NCBI GenBank assembly: GCA_014728035.1
Contig: WJMJ01000016.1
Location: forward strand, 1 to 41,370
Origin: Promethearchaeota archaeon
GTDB lineage: Archaea > Asgardarchaeota > Thorarchaeia > Thorarchaeales > Thorarchaeaceae
Length of the DNA stretch: 41,370 nucleotides
Reading direction: 5' to 3'
The translations under genes were made by a program, and so were the position numbers. The notes below the pieces were generated by a model. That model saw nothing but the letters and a program-made list of their open reading frames with translations, ran no database searches and had not been told where the DNA came from. Numbering within the stretch: the stretch's first letter is position 1; every line of letters begins with the position of its first letter. Positions 1-9,512 of the stretch are shown piece after piece.

Positions 1-177
1 AATGAACGGTACGAAAAAATCCATGATCGTGTATTGAGAGTCGATGGAAAAATATTGCCATCCATCATCCTTGATGCGATGCATAGTCAAGCAATTACCT
101 ATAGAGATGTTTCTGAATTGCTTGATATACGTCTGAAACATCTTCCTAAACTAGAAGCAAAATTAGCTGAGGGATAA
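1..177 (+). CDS. 3' end of a probable ImmA/IrrE-family (HTH-metallopeptidase) antitoxin-like protein, truncated by the window edge
   Basis: Frame 1 is open from base 1 to TAA at 175-177 (NERYEKIHDRVLRVDGKILPSIILDAMHSQAITYRDVSELLDIRLKHLPKLEAKLAEG). The tail resembles the helical C-terminus of ImmA/IrrE proteins that typically precede DUF4411 genes, and the gap to the next gene is 4 bp. Confidence 0.55.
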   Translation, partial: NERYEKIHDRVLRVDGKILPSIILDAMHSQAITYRDVSELLDIRLKHLPKLEAKLAEG

Positions 178-181
178 TATT

Positions 182-640
182 GTGAAATATAGTTTTGACA
201 CCTCAGCTTTTGTCAATCCATATAGACACTACATGCCAATGGATTTAGTTCCAACTCTATGGGACAAATTTGACGAGCTTATTACTTCTAGTGAAATTGT
301 CGCAAGTAAGGAAGTTCATCTAGAGATTCAGCAAAAGGATGACGAATTGCTAGAATGGATTGATAGTAGAAAAGACATTTTTATTGAAGTTGATAAGGAT
401 CAAGCGATATTTGTTGAAGAAATTGTAAACAAGTTTCCTAGATGGATAGATCCTAATTCTAGGAAGAATAATGCAGATCCATACTGTATTGCACTAGCTT
501 AAAAATACGATTTGAAAGTCGTCAGTTTTGAGAAACGAGGTTCTTTCAACAGTCCCAAGATTCCATTTGTTTGCAAGCAGTTTAAAGTCCCACATCTCTT
601 TTTCTACGATTTTTTGCGAGAGATTAAATTTAAGGCATGA
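182..640 (+). pseudogene. DUF4411-family PIN-domain protein interrupted by an in-frame TAA at 500-502
   Basis: PIN motifs YSFDTSAF, SKEVHLE and ADPYCIALA are present. After the TAA the same frame continues KYDLKVVSFEKRGSFNSPKIPFVCKQFKVPHLFFYDFLREIKFKA to TGA at 638-640, giving 152 codons with the typical VVxxE...KIPxVC tail. Confidence 0.75.
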
Positions 641-693
641 GTTCAAATGGTAGAATTACTTGATACAATTAGTCTTTCTAAATGGTGTGAGAT

Positions 694-2064
694 TTGCCCG
701 AGTTAGTCTTTGATACGATTGAGGAGTTCATCTTCGCTCCATTCAATACGTTCATCTACTTAGATACTGACGAAATTTTGTTTCGTGGACTTCGTCAGCA
801 ACAGTGGAAATTGGTTGAAGAGCTGAACAAAGAACATATACTAGAAGACATTCCAGAGTTCTCAATCAAGTGGGGATTGGAAGACTCGTCTGAGTTCAAA
901 TTGTCAAAAGGAGTATTTACACCACCTGGCACAGATAATTCATTCGTGGTTGCCGAGTTGATTTATACTGACACTGACGAATGTTGTCACCCAATCTGGG
1001 AGCAGGTGTCGGAAAAATTCTCTATTGACAAGCTGATTTTCAAAGATGTCAGGTTCTATTTCACCGATGTTGGTGTTGCAACGTGCAGTGTTCGAGTTGA
1101 GATGGAGGATGAGGATGGCATCACGATCTTGGAGCTGGAGGAAGCATCAGAAAGACTCAATGTCCTGTTCAAGGAGTATTTCGAGGAATTTTCCTTCAAA
1201 TTAGCTAAGAAGTATATTGAGTGTATAAACAGACTCGATATCCCATATCATAGATTCTCATTCTTGCCGGATATAGAAGAAGTAGATCGAGGAACCCATT
1301 TCATTCCATGGACTCACAGAATATACCACATACCTGCAGATAGAATGTTTGACATGGAGAATCCAGGAGAGCATTTTCGAACATTATTGACACCATCTAG
1401 CAAGATGGATATCGAGGATTTATCCATCTACGATAACAGATATGTTTACTTTGGTTGGGGCCATTCAATTATATTCACCTCAAGTGAAGAAGATGGATAT
1501 TCTCAGACCTCTCGTCCGGTCTATGATTATGTTCGTCTTGTTGAGATAGCTCAAGCAAAATGGCAGTTTCTGGATGTACTAAAGGATGTAATCAAGTATG
1601 CTTTGAGCTCATTCAATAGACACTACGAACACATGGAGCTAGATGATATACAAGAGGCCATTGCAGAAGTACGAAGTTTTACGAATGGTATCAATAGAAT
1701 ACTTGCAGACTATCGAGGTATCAAAATTACGTTCGATACCGAGAAACGAATCCTCCTGAGAGAATTGCATTCTCGATGGCTGACCGACAATTTATTGGAC
1801 GGACTTGTTGAAGATTTGAAGAGTATTGAGGAACTCCTAGATCAACTATACCAGCGCCAAAAAGAACAACGTGAAGAGTCTCTGAATACCATTGCACTTC
1901 TATTCACCATCGTGGGAATCATTGAGATAATCGCACTGGTTATAGAGATATTCAATCCCGTGTTTGAAATCAATCCGTTTGTAGAATTGGGATTGATTGG
2001 TCTTGGAACCATAAGTATGGCAATAATAATATCCCTCTATCTCAGATATGCCAGTAGGGGCTAA
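694..2064 (+). CDS. Hypothetical protein with a large soluble domain, long helices and two C-terminal TM helices (CorA-like topology, no GMN motif)
   Basis: 456-aa ORF. A helical stretch ending QKEQREESLNTIALLF is followed by two hydrophobic segments. GGTGTGA lies upstream of the TTG start. Confidence 0.75.
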   Translation: MPELVFDTIEEFIFAPFNTFIYLDTDEILFRGLRQQQWKLVEELNKEHILEDIPEFSIKWGLEDSSEFKLSKGVFTPPGTDNSFVVAELIYTDTDECCHPIWEQVSEKFSIDKLIFKDVRFYFTDVGVATCSVRVEMEDEDGITILELEEASERLNVLFKEYFEEFSFKLAKKYIECINRLDIPYHRFSFLPDIEEVDRGTHFIPWTHRIYHIPADRMFDMENPGEHFRTLLTPSSKMDIEDLSIYDNRYVYFGWGHSIIFTSSEEDGYSQTSRPVYDYVRLVEIAQAKWQFLDVLKDVIKYALSSFNRHYEHMELDDIQEAIAEVRSFTNGINRILADYRGIKITFDTEKRILLRELHSRWLTDNLLDGLVEDLKSIEELLDQLYQRQKEQREESLNTIALLFTIVGIIEIIALVIEIFNPVFEINPFVELGLIGLGTISMAIIISLYLRYASRG

Positions 2065-2069
2065 TCCGA

Positions 2070-2807
2070 ATGGACTCAGAGATAGAAAAAGCGGATATCT
2101 TTGTACTACAAGCAGACGGTAAAATCGACTCAACTCATGGGTACGGATACCCAATTCAACAACGGTTTAGTGAACATGATATCCATGTGGTGATTGTTCA
2201 CTTTGCAGATAACGTAGATATTCTTGATGAGCTTCCAAAGAAACCTCTTGTGATCTCAGGAGGAATGACTGAGGTCACTGCGGACATAGACTGGATAAGG
2301 GATAGTAAGGCATGGTTCCTAGACCTTATCAAGGAGAACCAATCATTGGATAAAGAGAACCGACAGCCAGTCTTTGGGATTTGTTTTGGTGCACAACTGC
2401 TTATCGAAGCCTACGCAAAAGGAAGCGTCAGATTTCTTGAAGACCCTGAAATCGGAGTCAGTCGAGTGAAACTGGATCGACCAGAGCATCCAATCTTTAG
2501 AGGAATTAGTAACGAGTTTGATGCATATTCTTTTCATTATAATCAAATTTGGTCTAACGAAGTCACCATCCTTTCACAGCATAAACACATGGGACATCAT
2601 TTCATTCAGGCATATGAAATAGAAGGAAGTAGTGTCATGGGAGTACAGTTTCACCCAGAGTTCAAACAAGAGGAGATGAAGACATTATTTACGACCTACA
2701 AAGACTTGATTGCAAATTTTGGATTCGACCTCGAACCGACAATCAATAACCTTCCAAAAATTAAATACCCTCATAGAATTCTTTTGAATTTCTACAATTC
2801 ATACTAG
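2070..2807 (+). CDS. Class I (type 1) glutamine amidotransferase / peptidase C26-like protein
   Basis: Motifs ISGG, nucleophile elbow GICFGAQL, PEIG, and QFHPE (His-Glu of the triad). Confidence 0.9.
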   Translation: MDSEIEKADIFVLQADGKIDSTHGYGYPIQQRFSEHDIHVVIVHFADNVDILDELPKKPLVISGGMTEVTADIDWIRDSKAWFLDLIKENQSLDKENRQPVFGICFGAQLLIEAYAKGSVRFLEDPEIGVSRVKLDRPEHPIFRGISNEFDAYSFHYNQIWSNEVTILSQHKHMGHHFIQAYEIEGSSVMGVQFHPEFKQEEMKTLFTTYKDLIANFGFDLEPTINNLPKIKYPHRILLNFYNSY

Positions 2808-2884
2808 GAGAAACTCGACCATACTGAAGAACCATGGTTTATTAATGACTTTCAAATCTAACTAAATTAAGAGGGAATGGTTAG

Positions 2885-4498
2885 ATGTACGAGGATGGTT
2901 GTATTCCTGAGAGCAGAACCTTCAAGGAAAAGCTAATTGAAACATTAGCTTCCATTCCTCCAAAGATAAAATCGATATCAATCAAGTCATGGATTTTACT
3001 AGTACTTGCACCACTCTTCTTGACAATCCTCTCGATAAGCCATGTAGTGTTAGTGATGAATGTATGGGGAGTCTATGGCTTTTCATTTGATGATTCATGG
3101 ATTCACGTACAATATGCTCGAACTATCTTTGAAGGTCATCCATGGGAATATGCAGAGGGATATCCGAGTACTGGAAGTTCTGGACCACTTTGGTCTGTGG
3201 TACTTGCTCCAATCTTTCTCTTTGGGTATGAACACAATATTGTGGTTACATCGGTCCTGATAATCGCCTCAATCCTGTATTTCTTTGATGTTGTACTAGT
3301 TGGTAAGATTGTTCAAGAAAGAACGGATAACTGGATACTGGGGATCATCGGACAGACTGCATTCATTCTAGTACCAAGAAATGCAGGTCTTATGTTATCG
3401 GGTATGGAAACCCCGCTTGGTATGTTAATGATTCTTCTAGCAATATGGATGCTACCAAAACACGGGTGGAGATACGATCTTGCATTAGGTGTAGTAGCAG
3501 GATTTGCATATCTATGTAGGCCAGAATTCGTTCTCATTGCAGCACTATGTTTCCCTGTTCGGTTCATTGTTACTCTCAAAGACAGAGAGATAGACCTTCA
3601 CAGATTAGCATCAATCATCGGAATGTTCACACTAGCAGCACTGGTAGTTCTACCTTGGATTCTGCATTGTTTGAACACAACAGGTTTGCCACTTCCAGAC
3701 TCATACTACTCAAAAATGCGTTGGGGAATATCAGAGGAAGGGATTGCATTATGGAATATTTTTTGGTATGAATTCTGGTTTATCAACGAACCATATCTAA
3801 TTGCAGGATTTTTAGGTGGCATAGTTTTGTTGTTCAGAAAGCGTCCGTACTTGTTAATACTCATTAGTTCATTATTCGCACTATACAGATTGACCATGCC
3901 AGGTATGTCCCTGTTATTTGCAGCCCGATATTTGGTACCATTATTCAACCTGCTTGCGATATCAGCAGTTTGTGGAATTGGCATCATTATTGAGGCGGTA
4001 ATGGATTTCAGCAAATCTATCAAGTTTAAAGAGATAGATGTGAATTTCATTTCCATCGTTGTTATATCACTGATTTTCGTTCCTTCGATAAGCCAGTATA
4101 TGTATATGATAGACACTCATGCTAATCAGACCAAGAATATTGAAGATATGCAGGTTACTCTATCACTATGGATACGAGAAAACGTACCTGATGATGCGGT
4201 AATAGCAACCTACGACGTCGGAGCAATAGGATATTTTGCAAGAGGCACTGTTATTGATCTGTATGGATTGGTTTCCCCAGAGATATTACATAATAGAACG
4301 GATATAGCTCAAGCAACACTCTACTTGAAAGAGATGAATTGTACCTATATTATGTTCTATCAAGAATGGTTCATGAATTTCTACTATCTCATCCAAACAA
4401 ATGGAGGAGATGTTTCCATCGTCACCAGAGTTCACATAGATGACAACGTGGTCTGCGGAACTGATAATATGGCAGTATATCGTATTGCATGGAATTAA
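2885..4498 (+). CDS. Multi-pass membrane glycosyltransferase, GT-C fold (PMT/arabinosyltransferase-like)
   Basis: DDSWIHxxYAR in the first external loop, GSSGPLW, SGMET, CRPE, YYSK, RYLVP and a C-terminal DVGAIGYF...IDLYGL domain, with many TM helices. Confidence 0.75.
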   Translation: MYEDGCIPESRTFKEKLIETLASIPPKIKSISIKSWILLVLAPLFLTILSISHVVLVMNVWGVYGFSFDDSWIHVQYARTIFEGHPWEYAEGYPSTGSSGPLWSVVLAPIFLFGYEHNIVVTSVLIIASILYFFDVVLVGKIVQERTDNWILGIIGQTAFILVPRNAGLMLSGMETPLGMLMILLAIWMLPKHGWRYDLALGVVAGFAYLCRPEFVLIAALCFPVRFIVTLKDREIDLHRLASIIGMFTLAALVVLPWILHCLNTTGLPLPDSYYSKMRWGISEEGIALWNIFWYEFWFINEPYLIAGFLGGIVLLFRKRPYLLILISSLFALYRLTMPGMSLLFAARYLVPLFNLLAISAVCGIGIIIEAVMDFSKSIKFKEIDVNFISIVVISLIFVPSISQYMYMIDTHANQTKNIEDMQVTLSLWIRENVPDDAVIATYDVGAIGYFARGTVIDLYGLVSPEILHNRTDIAQATLYLKEMNCTYIMFYQEWFMNFYYLIQTNGGDVSIVTRVHIDDNVVCGTDNMAVYRIAWN

Positions 4499-4554
4499 TC
4501 TAAAAAGAATAAGACTAATTATTTGGATTGACATAATCGTCAGTAGGTGATTTT

Positions 4555-5223
4555 GTGATTTCCAATATTTTGTATCCGATTATATCAGTTGGCTATATTG
4601 TTTTGTTGATATGGGGACTTTTCCTCATGAAAGAGAACAAAAAAAACAGTCTATTTTTGATACTAGTCGTAATGGTGGGACTTTTGTATGACACACTAGT
4701 TCTCTCAATAGGAAGTCTACTTGGCGTAAGCGACCTTCTATACAATTTGAACTGGGGAAGATATCTCGTTCATGCTGTATTGACTCCTTTGTTTATCATG
4801 GTAGCTTATGAGCAGAGCCTCAGATTTGACATCAATTGGTTTAGCGTGTCAAAGAAGACATTACAGATAGTGTTTTGGATAATAGTAATAGCTTTCATCG
4901 TAATAGCTATGTTCACTCACGTTATAGGAGTGTCCTTGATACCAGAAACATTTGATGGTGTGCTGCGTTATGTGATTGATCCTACCGGAGGAAGAAGTCC
5001 ACCGATTGCAGCTATTCTCACTATCATCGTGATTATGATTATAGGTCTGGTAATCATGCTTAGAACGTCTCCAAAATGGATTTGGTTGTTCTTAGGCGCT
5101 CTAGTCATGTTTATCGGTTCAGCAGTACCAACCAGATTGGTGGGTACTATTGTAGGTTCCAGTGCTGAATTATTCCTTACAATTACACTGCTGCTTACTG
5201 AAAAAAGACTTGAAGATAGCTGA
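4555..5223 (+). CDS. Hypothetical multi-pass (about 7 TM) membrane protein
   Basis: 222-aa hydrophobic ORF with AGGTGA SD before GTG and a conserved-looking LYD...G...RY..HA..TP pattern. Confidence 0.75.
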   Translation: MISNILYPIISVGYIVLLIWGLFLMKENKKNSLFLILVVMVGLLYDTLVLSIGSLLGVSDLLYNLNWGRYLVHAVLTPLFIMVAYEQSLRFDINWFSVSKKTLQIVFWIIVIAFIVIAMFTHVIGVSLIPETFDGVLRYVIDPTGGRSPPIAAILTIIVIMIIGLVIMLRTSPKWIWLFLGALVMFIGSAVPTRLVGTIVGSSAELFLTITLLLTEKRLEDS

Positions 5224-5487
5224 AACTAATTGTCAAATATACATGAAGTGGGGTTGCTTAGGTCAATTACAGCTATCCCATTCTCTATTTTTTGTACTCA
5301 AACTGTGCATTAAATGATTTTACATAAACTTGGAAAAACTCCAATAGGTCATTTGACTCGGGTAATTCAAGATAATACGAAATTACAAGTCTATACAACA
5401 TCAGAATTAGAACATTGAACTGAATCGAAAATGAAATGAATCCAAACTAAGGAGGAAACCATAATTACTACATTAGAAAACAATGAT

Positions 5488-5988
5488 GTGTTTGTCCTAC
5501 GCATTTTTCCCAGATGTCCATTCTATAAGCCCACGCCAGTACTGATTATCCTCCTTCTAATTACAATTGGCAGCTGGGGAATATCGTATCTTGACACCTG
5601 GTTTTCTATTGTCTTCTTTTGTTATTCTATTTCATTCTATTTTCTGATTATGCCTTTAACCATGTGCAAATACTGCTATTTCAAAGTGACAAAAATAATC
5701 ACAGATGAAGATAATAGCTCATCCTATGAGAAACTATTGACTACAGAGGAATGGACAAGTTCTCATTTAGATAAACATGTAGGACAGAAACATTGGACAT
5801 TCTGTATGTCAATAATTTGGTTTACACCAATCATACTAACTGGGATATCTATAATTCAAGGAGCTCCTTTGATAGCGATTTTTGCATTGATAGGATTCAT
5901 TGTAATTCTTGTTGGTAATGTTCAATACATGTTACGACTTAAATGTCCAAATTGTCCAATACAAGAACAATGTCATACTTCTTTTTAG
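5488..5988 (+). CDS. Small 4-TM membrane protein with Cys clusters
   Basis: 166-aa ORF with RCPFY, CKYC and CPNCPIQEQC. The start codon is uncertain. Confidence 0.65.
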   Translation: MFVLRIFPRCPFYKPTPVLIILLLITIGSWGISYLDTWFSIVFFCYSISFYFLIMPLTMCKYCYFKVTKIITDEDNSSSYEKLLTTEEWTSSHLDKHVGQKHWTFCMSIIWFTPIILTGISIIQGAPLIAIFALIGFIVILVGNVQYMLRLKCPNCPIQEQCHTSF

Positions 5989-6039
5989 AAAATCTTTGAG
6001 AATCATTTCTTTTGTTGACTTCCCAAGTCAATAATACCG

Positions 6040-6137
6040 GAACGTTTGATAAGTACCAAAATAGGAAGTTTTATATGCAAATGTTCCCATAGAATGTTTG
6101 ACGTTAATCAAACGTTCAACACAAACGCAACGTTTGA
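6040..6137 (+). promoter_or_regulatory. Candidate promoter (TATA) plus palindromic operator and extra half-sites upstream of the 6170-10295 operon
   Basis: TTTTATAT at 6069-6076 follows a purine-rich element. Imperfect palindrome GAATGTTTGA-N6-TCAAACGTTC lies at 6092-6117, with further AACGTTTGA copies at 6041-6049 and 6129-6137. Confidence 0.55.
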
Positions 6138-6169
6138 AACACGCTTTACAATGAAGGTGCAAAAACAAA

Positions 6170-7102
6170 ATGTCAACCAACTTCAATACACTCATCGACG
6201 ATCTGAAGTCGAGTTTCAAGCTAGCTAGAAGTAACGCACTGAGCTACTTCCTTGCGAATCTTGGAATGGCGGTTCTTATCGTAGTCCTATTTGCAATCGT
6301 AGCAATCCCTCTTGCAGCTATTGCATTTGCAGTAACATTCTCACAAGGCCCTCAATTCTGGGTTAATTTTGGCAATGATATGACATTGTTCGCTCAGAAT
6401 AATCCTCTACTGATAGGTGGTGTTGGAACCCTATTCATGATTCCAATTGTCACACTTTTCCTTATCGTTGTAGGTTCCATCTATGGTATAAGCAAGGAAG
6501 TCGTTGAAACTGGCGAAACCAAAGCTGAGTCAGCTTTCTCTTGGTTCAAGAACAAGTTCCTCACTTTTGCTGGTGCAGGAATCATGCTTACCTTGATTAT
6601 CGTGGTTCCCCAACTTATTGTCTGGGGTACAGCCGCATTAGTGATGGGTACCACAATAACATTTCCAGCAAACATACCCCTTACTGTTTTCAGTTGGGTG
6701 TACACATTCATCACAGTAGGATTCTGTGCAATGGTCTTTCCATCCATTACCGCTGGTAACAGTGTACAGGATGCTTTCAAGGAGTCTTTCCATTTAGCTA
6801 AGACTCGGTTCGATCGTGTCTTTGGACTACTCTCCGCGGTGATTATCCTATTCGTGATTATGTTTGCTCCAGCTATGATTGGAGGATTCATTGCTGCCGT
6901 CACAATGACACCACCCCCTACTACTTTGCCAGTTGAGCTTATTCCACTGGTTGCAGTTATTGGTGGATGGTCCATCATCGCAGTACTTCTTTGGCTAATA
7001 CTGCTCCTCCCCATGACCATCATAGCCTTTCAGAAGGTCTATGCTGAGCTTACTGGAGGAAAGATTGCAACTGAGCAATCACCGGATATTCCCTTAGTAT
7101 AG
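6170..7102 (+). CDS. Multi-pass membrane protein (DUF975/GDPD-membrane-domain-like), paralog 1
   Basis: 310 aa with about 6 long TM segments and an A.KESF.L.K motif. Clear similarity to 7175-8113, with AAGGTG SD. Confidence 0.8.
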   Translation: MSTNFNTLIDDLKSSFKLARSNALSYFLANLGMAVLIVVLFAIVAIPLAAIAFAVTFSQGPQFWVNFGNDMTLFAQNNPLLIGGVGTLFMIPIVTLFLIVVGSIYGISKEVVETGETKAESAFSWFKNKFLTFAGAGIMLTLIIVVPQLIVWGTAALVMGTTITFPANIPLTVFSWVYTFITVGFCAMVFPSITAGNSVQDAFKESFHLAKTRFDRVFGLLSAVIILFVIMFAPAMIGGFIAAVTMTPPPTTLPVELIPLVAVIGGWSIIAVLLWLILLLPMTIIAFQKVYAELTGGKIATEQSPDIPLV

Positions 7103-7109
7103 AAGCATT

Positions 7110-7149
7110 AATGGGTGAGCTCACACTGGAAAGTGTGGGTACATCCATT
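7110..7149 (+). other. Intercistronic RNA stem-loop with GGAA tetraloop
   Basis: AAUGGGUG-A-GCUCACACU-GGAA-AGUGUGGGU-A-CAUCCAUU forms 17 pairs including three G-U wobbles and one A-A mismatch. Confidence 0.65.
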
Positions 7150-7174
7150 CCAAATTATTTACAGGTGAAACAAA

Positions 7175-8113
7175 ATGAAACATTCAAACCCAACAGTTCT
7201 CAAGGAGGATCTAAAGACTGGTTTTAGGTATGCAGTGAAGAATATCATTTCTTTCATACTAGGAATGATTGGAGTTCTCATTGTTACTGGAATTATGATG
7301 TTGTTAGTTGCTATCCTGATATTCATACCACTAATTCTACTTGTTGGAATCCCAGGACTCTCTCAATTCTTCCAGGCATTTGGTGCTATTATGGAGCAAT
7401 CTTTCAATCCAGCAGCCATCAGTCTGATTGTCTTGTTAGTTATTCCATTCATTTCACCAGTTTTCGTTGCCGTTGGAGCACTTTTTGGCATGGCCCGAGA
7501 GATAGTTGAGAGTGAAGGTACATCTGTTCAAGGGGTATTTACTTGGTATCGTTCCAGATTCTTACCCTTAGCAGCAGCTGGAATCATCATGTTCGGCATC
7601 ATCTTTGGACCAATTGGACTCCTCTTTGGTATTGGATGGATTACCTTAGGAAATACAATCATTGGACTTCCTTCTGCCATAATCGTTGCAGTATCAACCG
7701 CATGGATTATGATCTCATTAGGACTGACATCTATGATATTTCCAGGGATAATAGATGGACTTCCGGTATTGGAAGCTGTGAAGAATTCTTTTGAGCTTGG
7801 TACCAAGTACTTCGATCGGGTTTTCTCCACTATTCTTTCATACATAGGAATTATTGGAATCATGACCAGTCCGACAGTGCTAATTCCCTTCAGTATGGTT
7901 GATTCTCTTCCGAATACAATGCCAGGACCAATAGTAGGAATAATGGCTGGTTTGGGAATATTCACCTTTGTAGGATTCTTCGTGATCTTATTCGTAGTGA
8001 TTCCCGCACTGGCAATCTCTACCACCAAGGTGTACATGATTCTAACAAGCAATGGAATATCAGAACCAGAGGGAAATGACGATTTCGATGTCAGTATTGT
8101 AGGAGGTGTCTAA
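7175..8113 (+). CDS. Multi-pass membrane protein, paralog 2
   Basis: 312 aa. GALFGMAREIVESEGTSVQGVFTWYRSRFL aligns with GSIYGISKEVVETGETKAESAFSWFKNKFL of paralog 1. AGGTGA SD. Confidence 0.8.
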   Translation: MKHSNPTVLKEDLKTGFRYAVKNIISFILGMIGVLIVTGIMMLLVAILIFIPLILLVGIPGLSQFFQAFGAIMEQSFNPAAISLIVLLVIPFISPVFVAVGALFGMAREIVESEGTSVQGVFTWYRSRFLPLAAAGIIMFGIIFGPIGLLFGIGWITLGNTIIGLPSAIIVAVSTAWIMISLGLTSMIFPGIIDGLPVLEAVKNSFELGTKYFDRVFSTILSYIGIIGIMTSPTVLIPFSMVDSLPNTMPGPIVGIMAGLGIFTFVGFFVILFVVIPALAISTTKVYMILTSNGISEPEGNDDFDVSIVGGV

Positions 8114-8759
8114 AACGACAGAACAGAAACCCCCCGAACCAATGAAGGACCTTGAGGTCATTACAGATCCAAAGGTTGTCAAGCTATTATTCGAAAGCAC
8201 TCGCTCAACGATAGTATTCAGATACCTCGTTAATCGAGCGATGACTGTCAAGGAATTGGCAGACGCACTTGGAAAGAACCCAGGTACAATTCTTCACCAC
8301 ATAGACAAGCTCAGGAAAGCAGGTATTGTGGTGCAGGAGCGGACTGAGCTTACCAAGACTGGAATTGTTCAGAGGTTCTATAGGGCTACCGCAAGAGAGT
8401 ACAGACTCGGTATAGGTGGAATGATGGAAGCTGACAGTGGAGTTGCAAAATTTGCAGAGAACCGCTTAGAGTCCATCATCAATAGTCTCTCAGTCTATGG
8501 CATTCAAATTCCTGAGTCACAAAATGGTGAGGCAAAGGAACTACTGAAGCAACTTATTGAGAGAGAGAATCAGGTGAGTTCAAACCTGACATTGGTTGAC
8601 GAGAAGGCCTTCTATCGATTTCCTCAGTCAGTACGTAATGATGCATCCCGTATCATGCGCCGACTGTCCCTTGAGGAGGATGAGAAGTATCGGGAATTGC
8701 GAGATAGGTGGCATGCCTTTCTCCAGTCCTATCGAAAAGGTGAACTAAACAATGAGTAA
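8106..8759 (+). CDS. ArsR-like winged-helix transcriptional regulator with helical C-terminal extension
   Basis: R..I...L...MTVKELADALGKNPGTILHHIDKLRKAGIV...FYRATA. Overlaps both neighbours by 8 bp. Confidence 0.88.
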   Translation: MSKTTEQKPPEPMKDLEVITDPKVVKLLFESTRSTIVFRYLVNRAMTVKELADALGKNPGTILHHIDKLRKAGIVVQERTELTKTGIVQRFYRATAREYRLGIGGMMEADSGVAKFAENRLESIINSLSVYGIQIPESQNGEAKELLKQLIERENQVSSNLTLVDEKAFYRFPQSVRNDASRIMRRLSLEEDEKYRELRDRWHAFLQSYRKGELNNE

Positions 8760-9501
8760 CTATGAACAAAACAACACAATGGTTGTATGTATACTTGCTG
8801 TACTGATTGGCGGTGCAGCAATCGTTGGAGTCCTCTCATTTTGGGGAGGAACTTGGGAGCTAGGGAATGAAATTACCCAGCTCTCATATGACGAGAATAT
8901 AGGATCAACAACAGGAACTATCAATTTAGATGTTGAAATTAGCGTCGGCAATGTAGATGTTAATTTTGCAGATAATTCTACACTGCTCTACGATGTTACA
9001 TTTGATGTCACTGAAAGAAATCTTGAGGAATATGGTACTCCATCAGTGATGTATACCTCCAATGAAATCTCAATAAATTATGAGGTGGCTTCAGTGAACA
9101 TCACACTTGGAAGGAATCTGAACTACACTTTGTCAATAACAATTGGCACAGGAGAGATTGAGGTCTCAATGAATGAATATGCCAATGTGGGTGATGTGAC
9201 TCTCACAACCACAACAGGAGGTATTGAGCTGACTATGAGCGATGAAACATCCCTCATGAATAGTCCCACATTTGATTTCAACACTGGAACAGGAGAGATA
9301 TCTATTCAAATCGATATTCTTACTGGTGTAGGAGGTAGTTTCGAAGGCAGTACAAACACTGGTACTATAGATGTCACCGCAGTGGGATGGACAGAAGTAA
9401 CATCAACACACTATGAGACCTCGGACTATGATACCGCTTCACAAAATCTGACAATAGTAGCTCAGACAAATGTAGGCAGCATCACAGCTCTACTTGGTTA
9501 G
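8752..9501 (+). CDS. Membrane-anchored DUF4097/toast-rack beta-strand repeat protein, paralog 1
   Basis: N-terminal TM helix, then repeated (T/I)xxGxIx(I/V) beta motifs (ISVGNVDV, IGTGEIEV, TTTGGIEL, TGTGEISI, TNTGTIDV, TNVGSIT). Confidence 0.75.
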   Translation: MSNYEQNNTMVVCILAVLIGGAAIVGVLSFWGGTWELGNEITQLSYDENIGSTTGTINLDVEISVGNVDVNFADNSTLLYDVTFDVTERNLEEYGTPSVMYTSNEISINYEVASVNITLGRNLNYTLSITIGTGEIEVSMNEYANVGDVTLTTTTGGIELTMSDETSLMNSPTFDFNTGTGEISIQIDILTGVGGSFEGSTNTGTIDVTAVGWTEVTSTHYETSDYDTASQNLTIVAQTNVGSITALLG

Positions 9502-9512
9502 GAGTGATGATA

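Noticed and set aside
500-502. Stop-codon recoding (Sec/Pyl or alternative genetic code) in the PIN gene
   Set aside because: The codon is TAA, not TGA or TAG, and TAA terminates many other genes in the window. A point mutation or sequencing error is simpler.
2070-2807. Calling the amidotransferase guaA
   Set aside because: There is no synthetase subunit nearby, and the motifs fit stand-alone class I GATases generally.
6028-6228. Short ORFs 6046-6228 (+) and 6028-6219 (-)
   Set aside because: They overlap the promoter/operator and the start of the 6170 gene, and have no recognisable protein features.
6481-8052. Antisense ORFs 6481-7023 and 7528-8052
   Set aside because: Shadow frames of hydrophobic membrane genes with no independent evidence.
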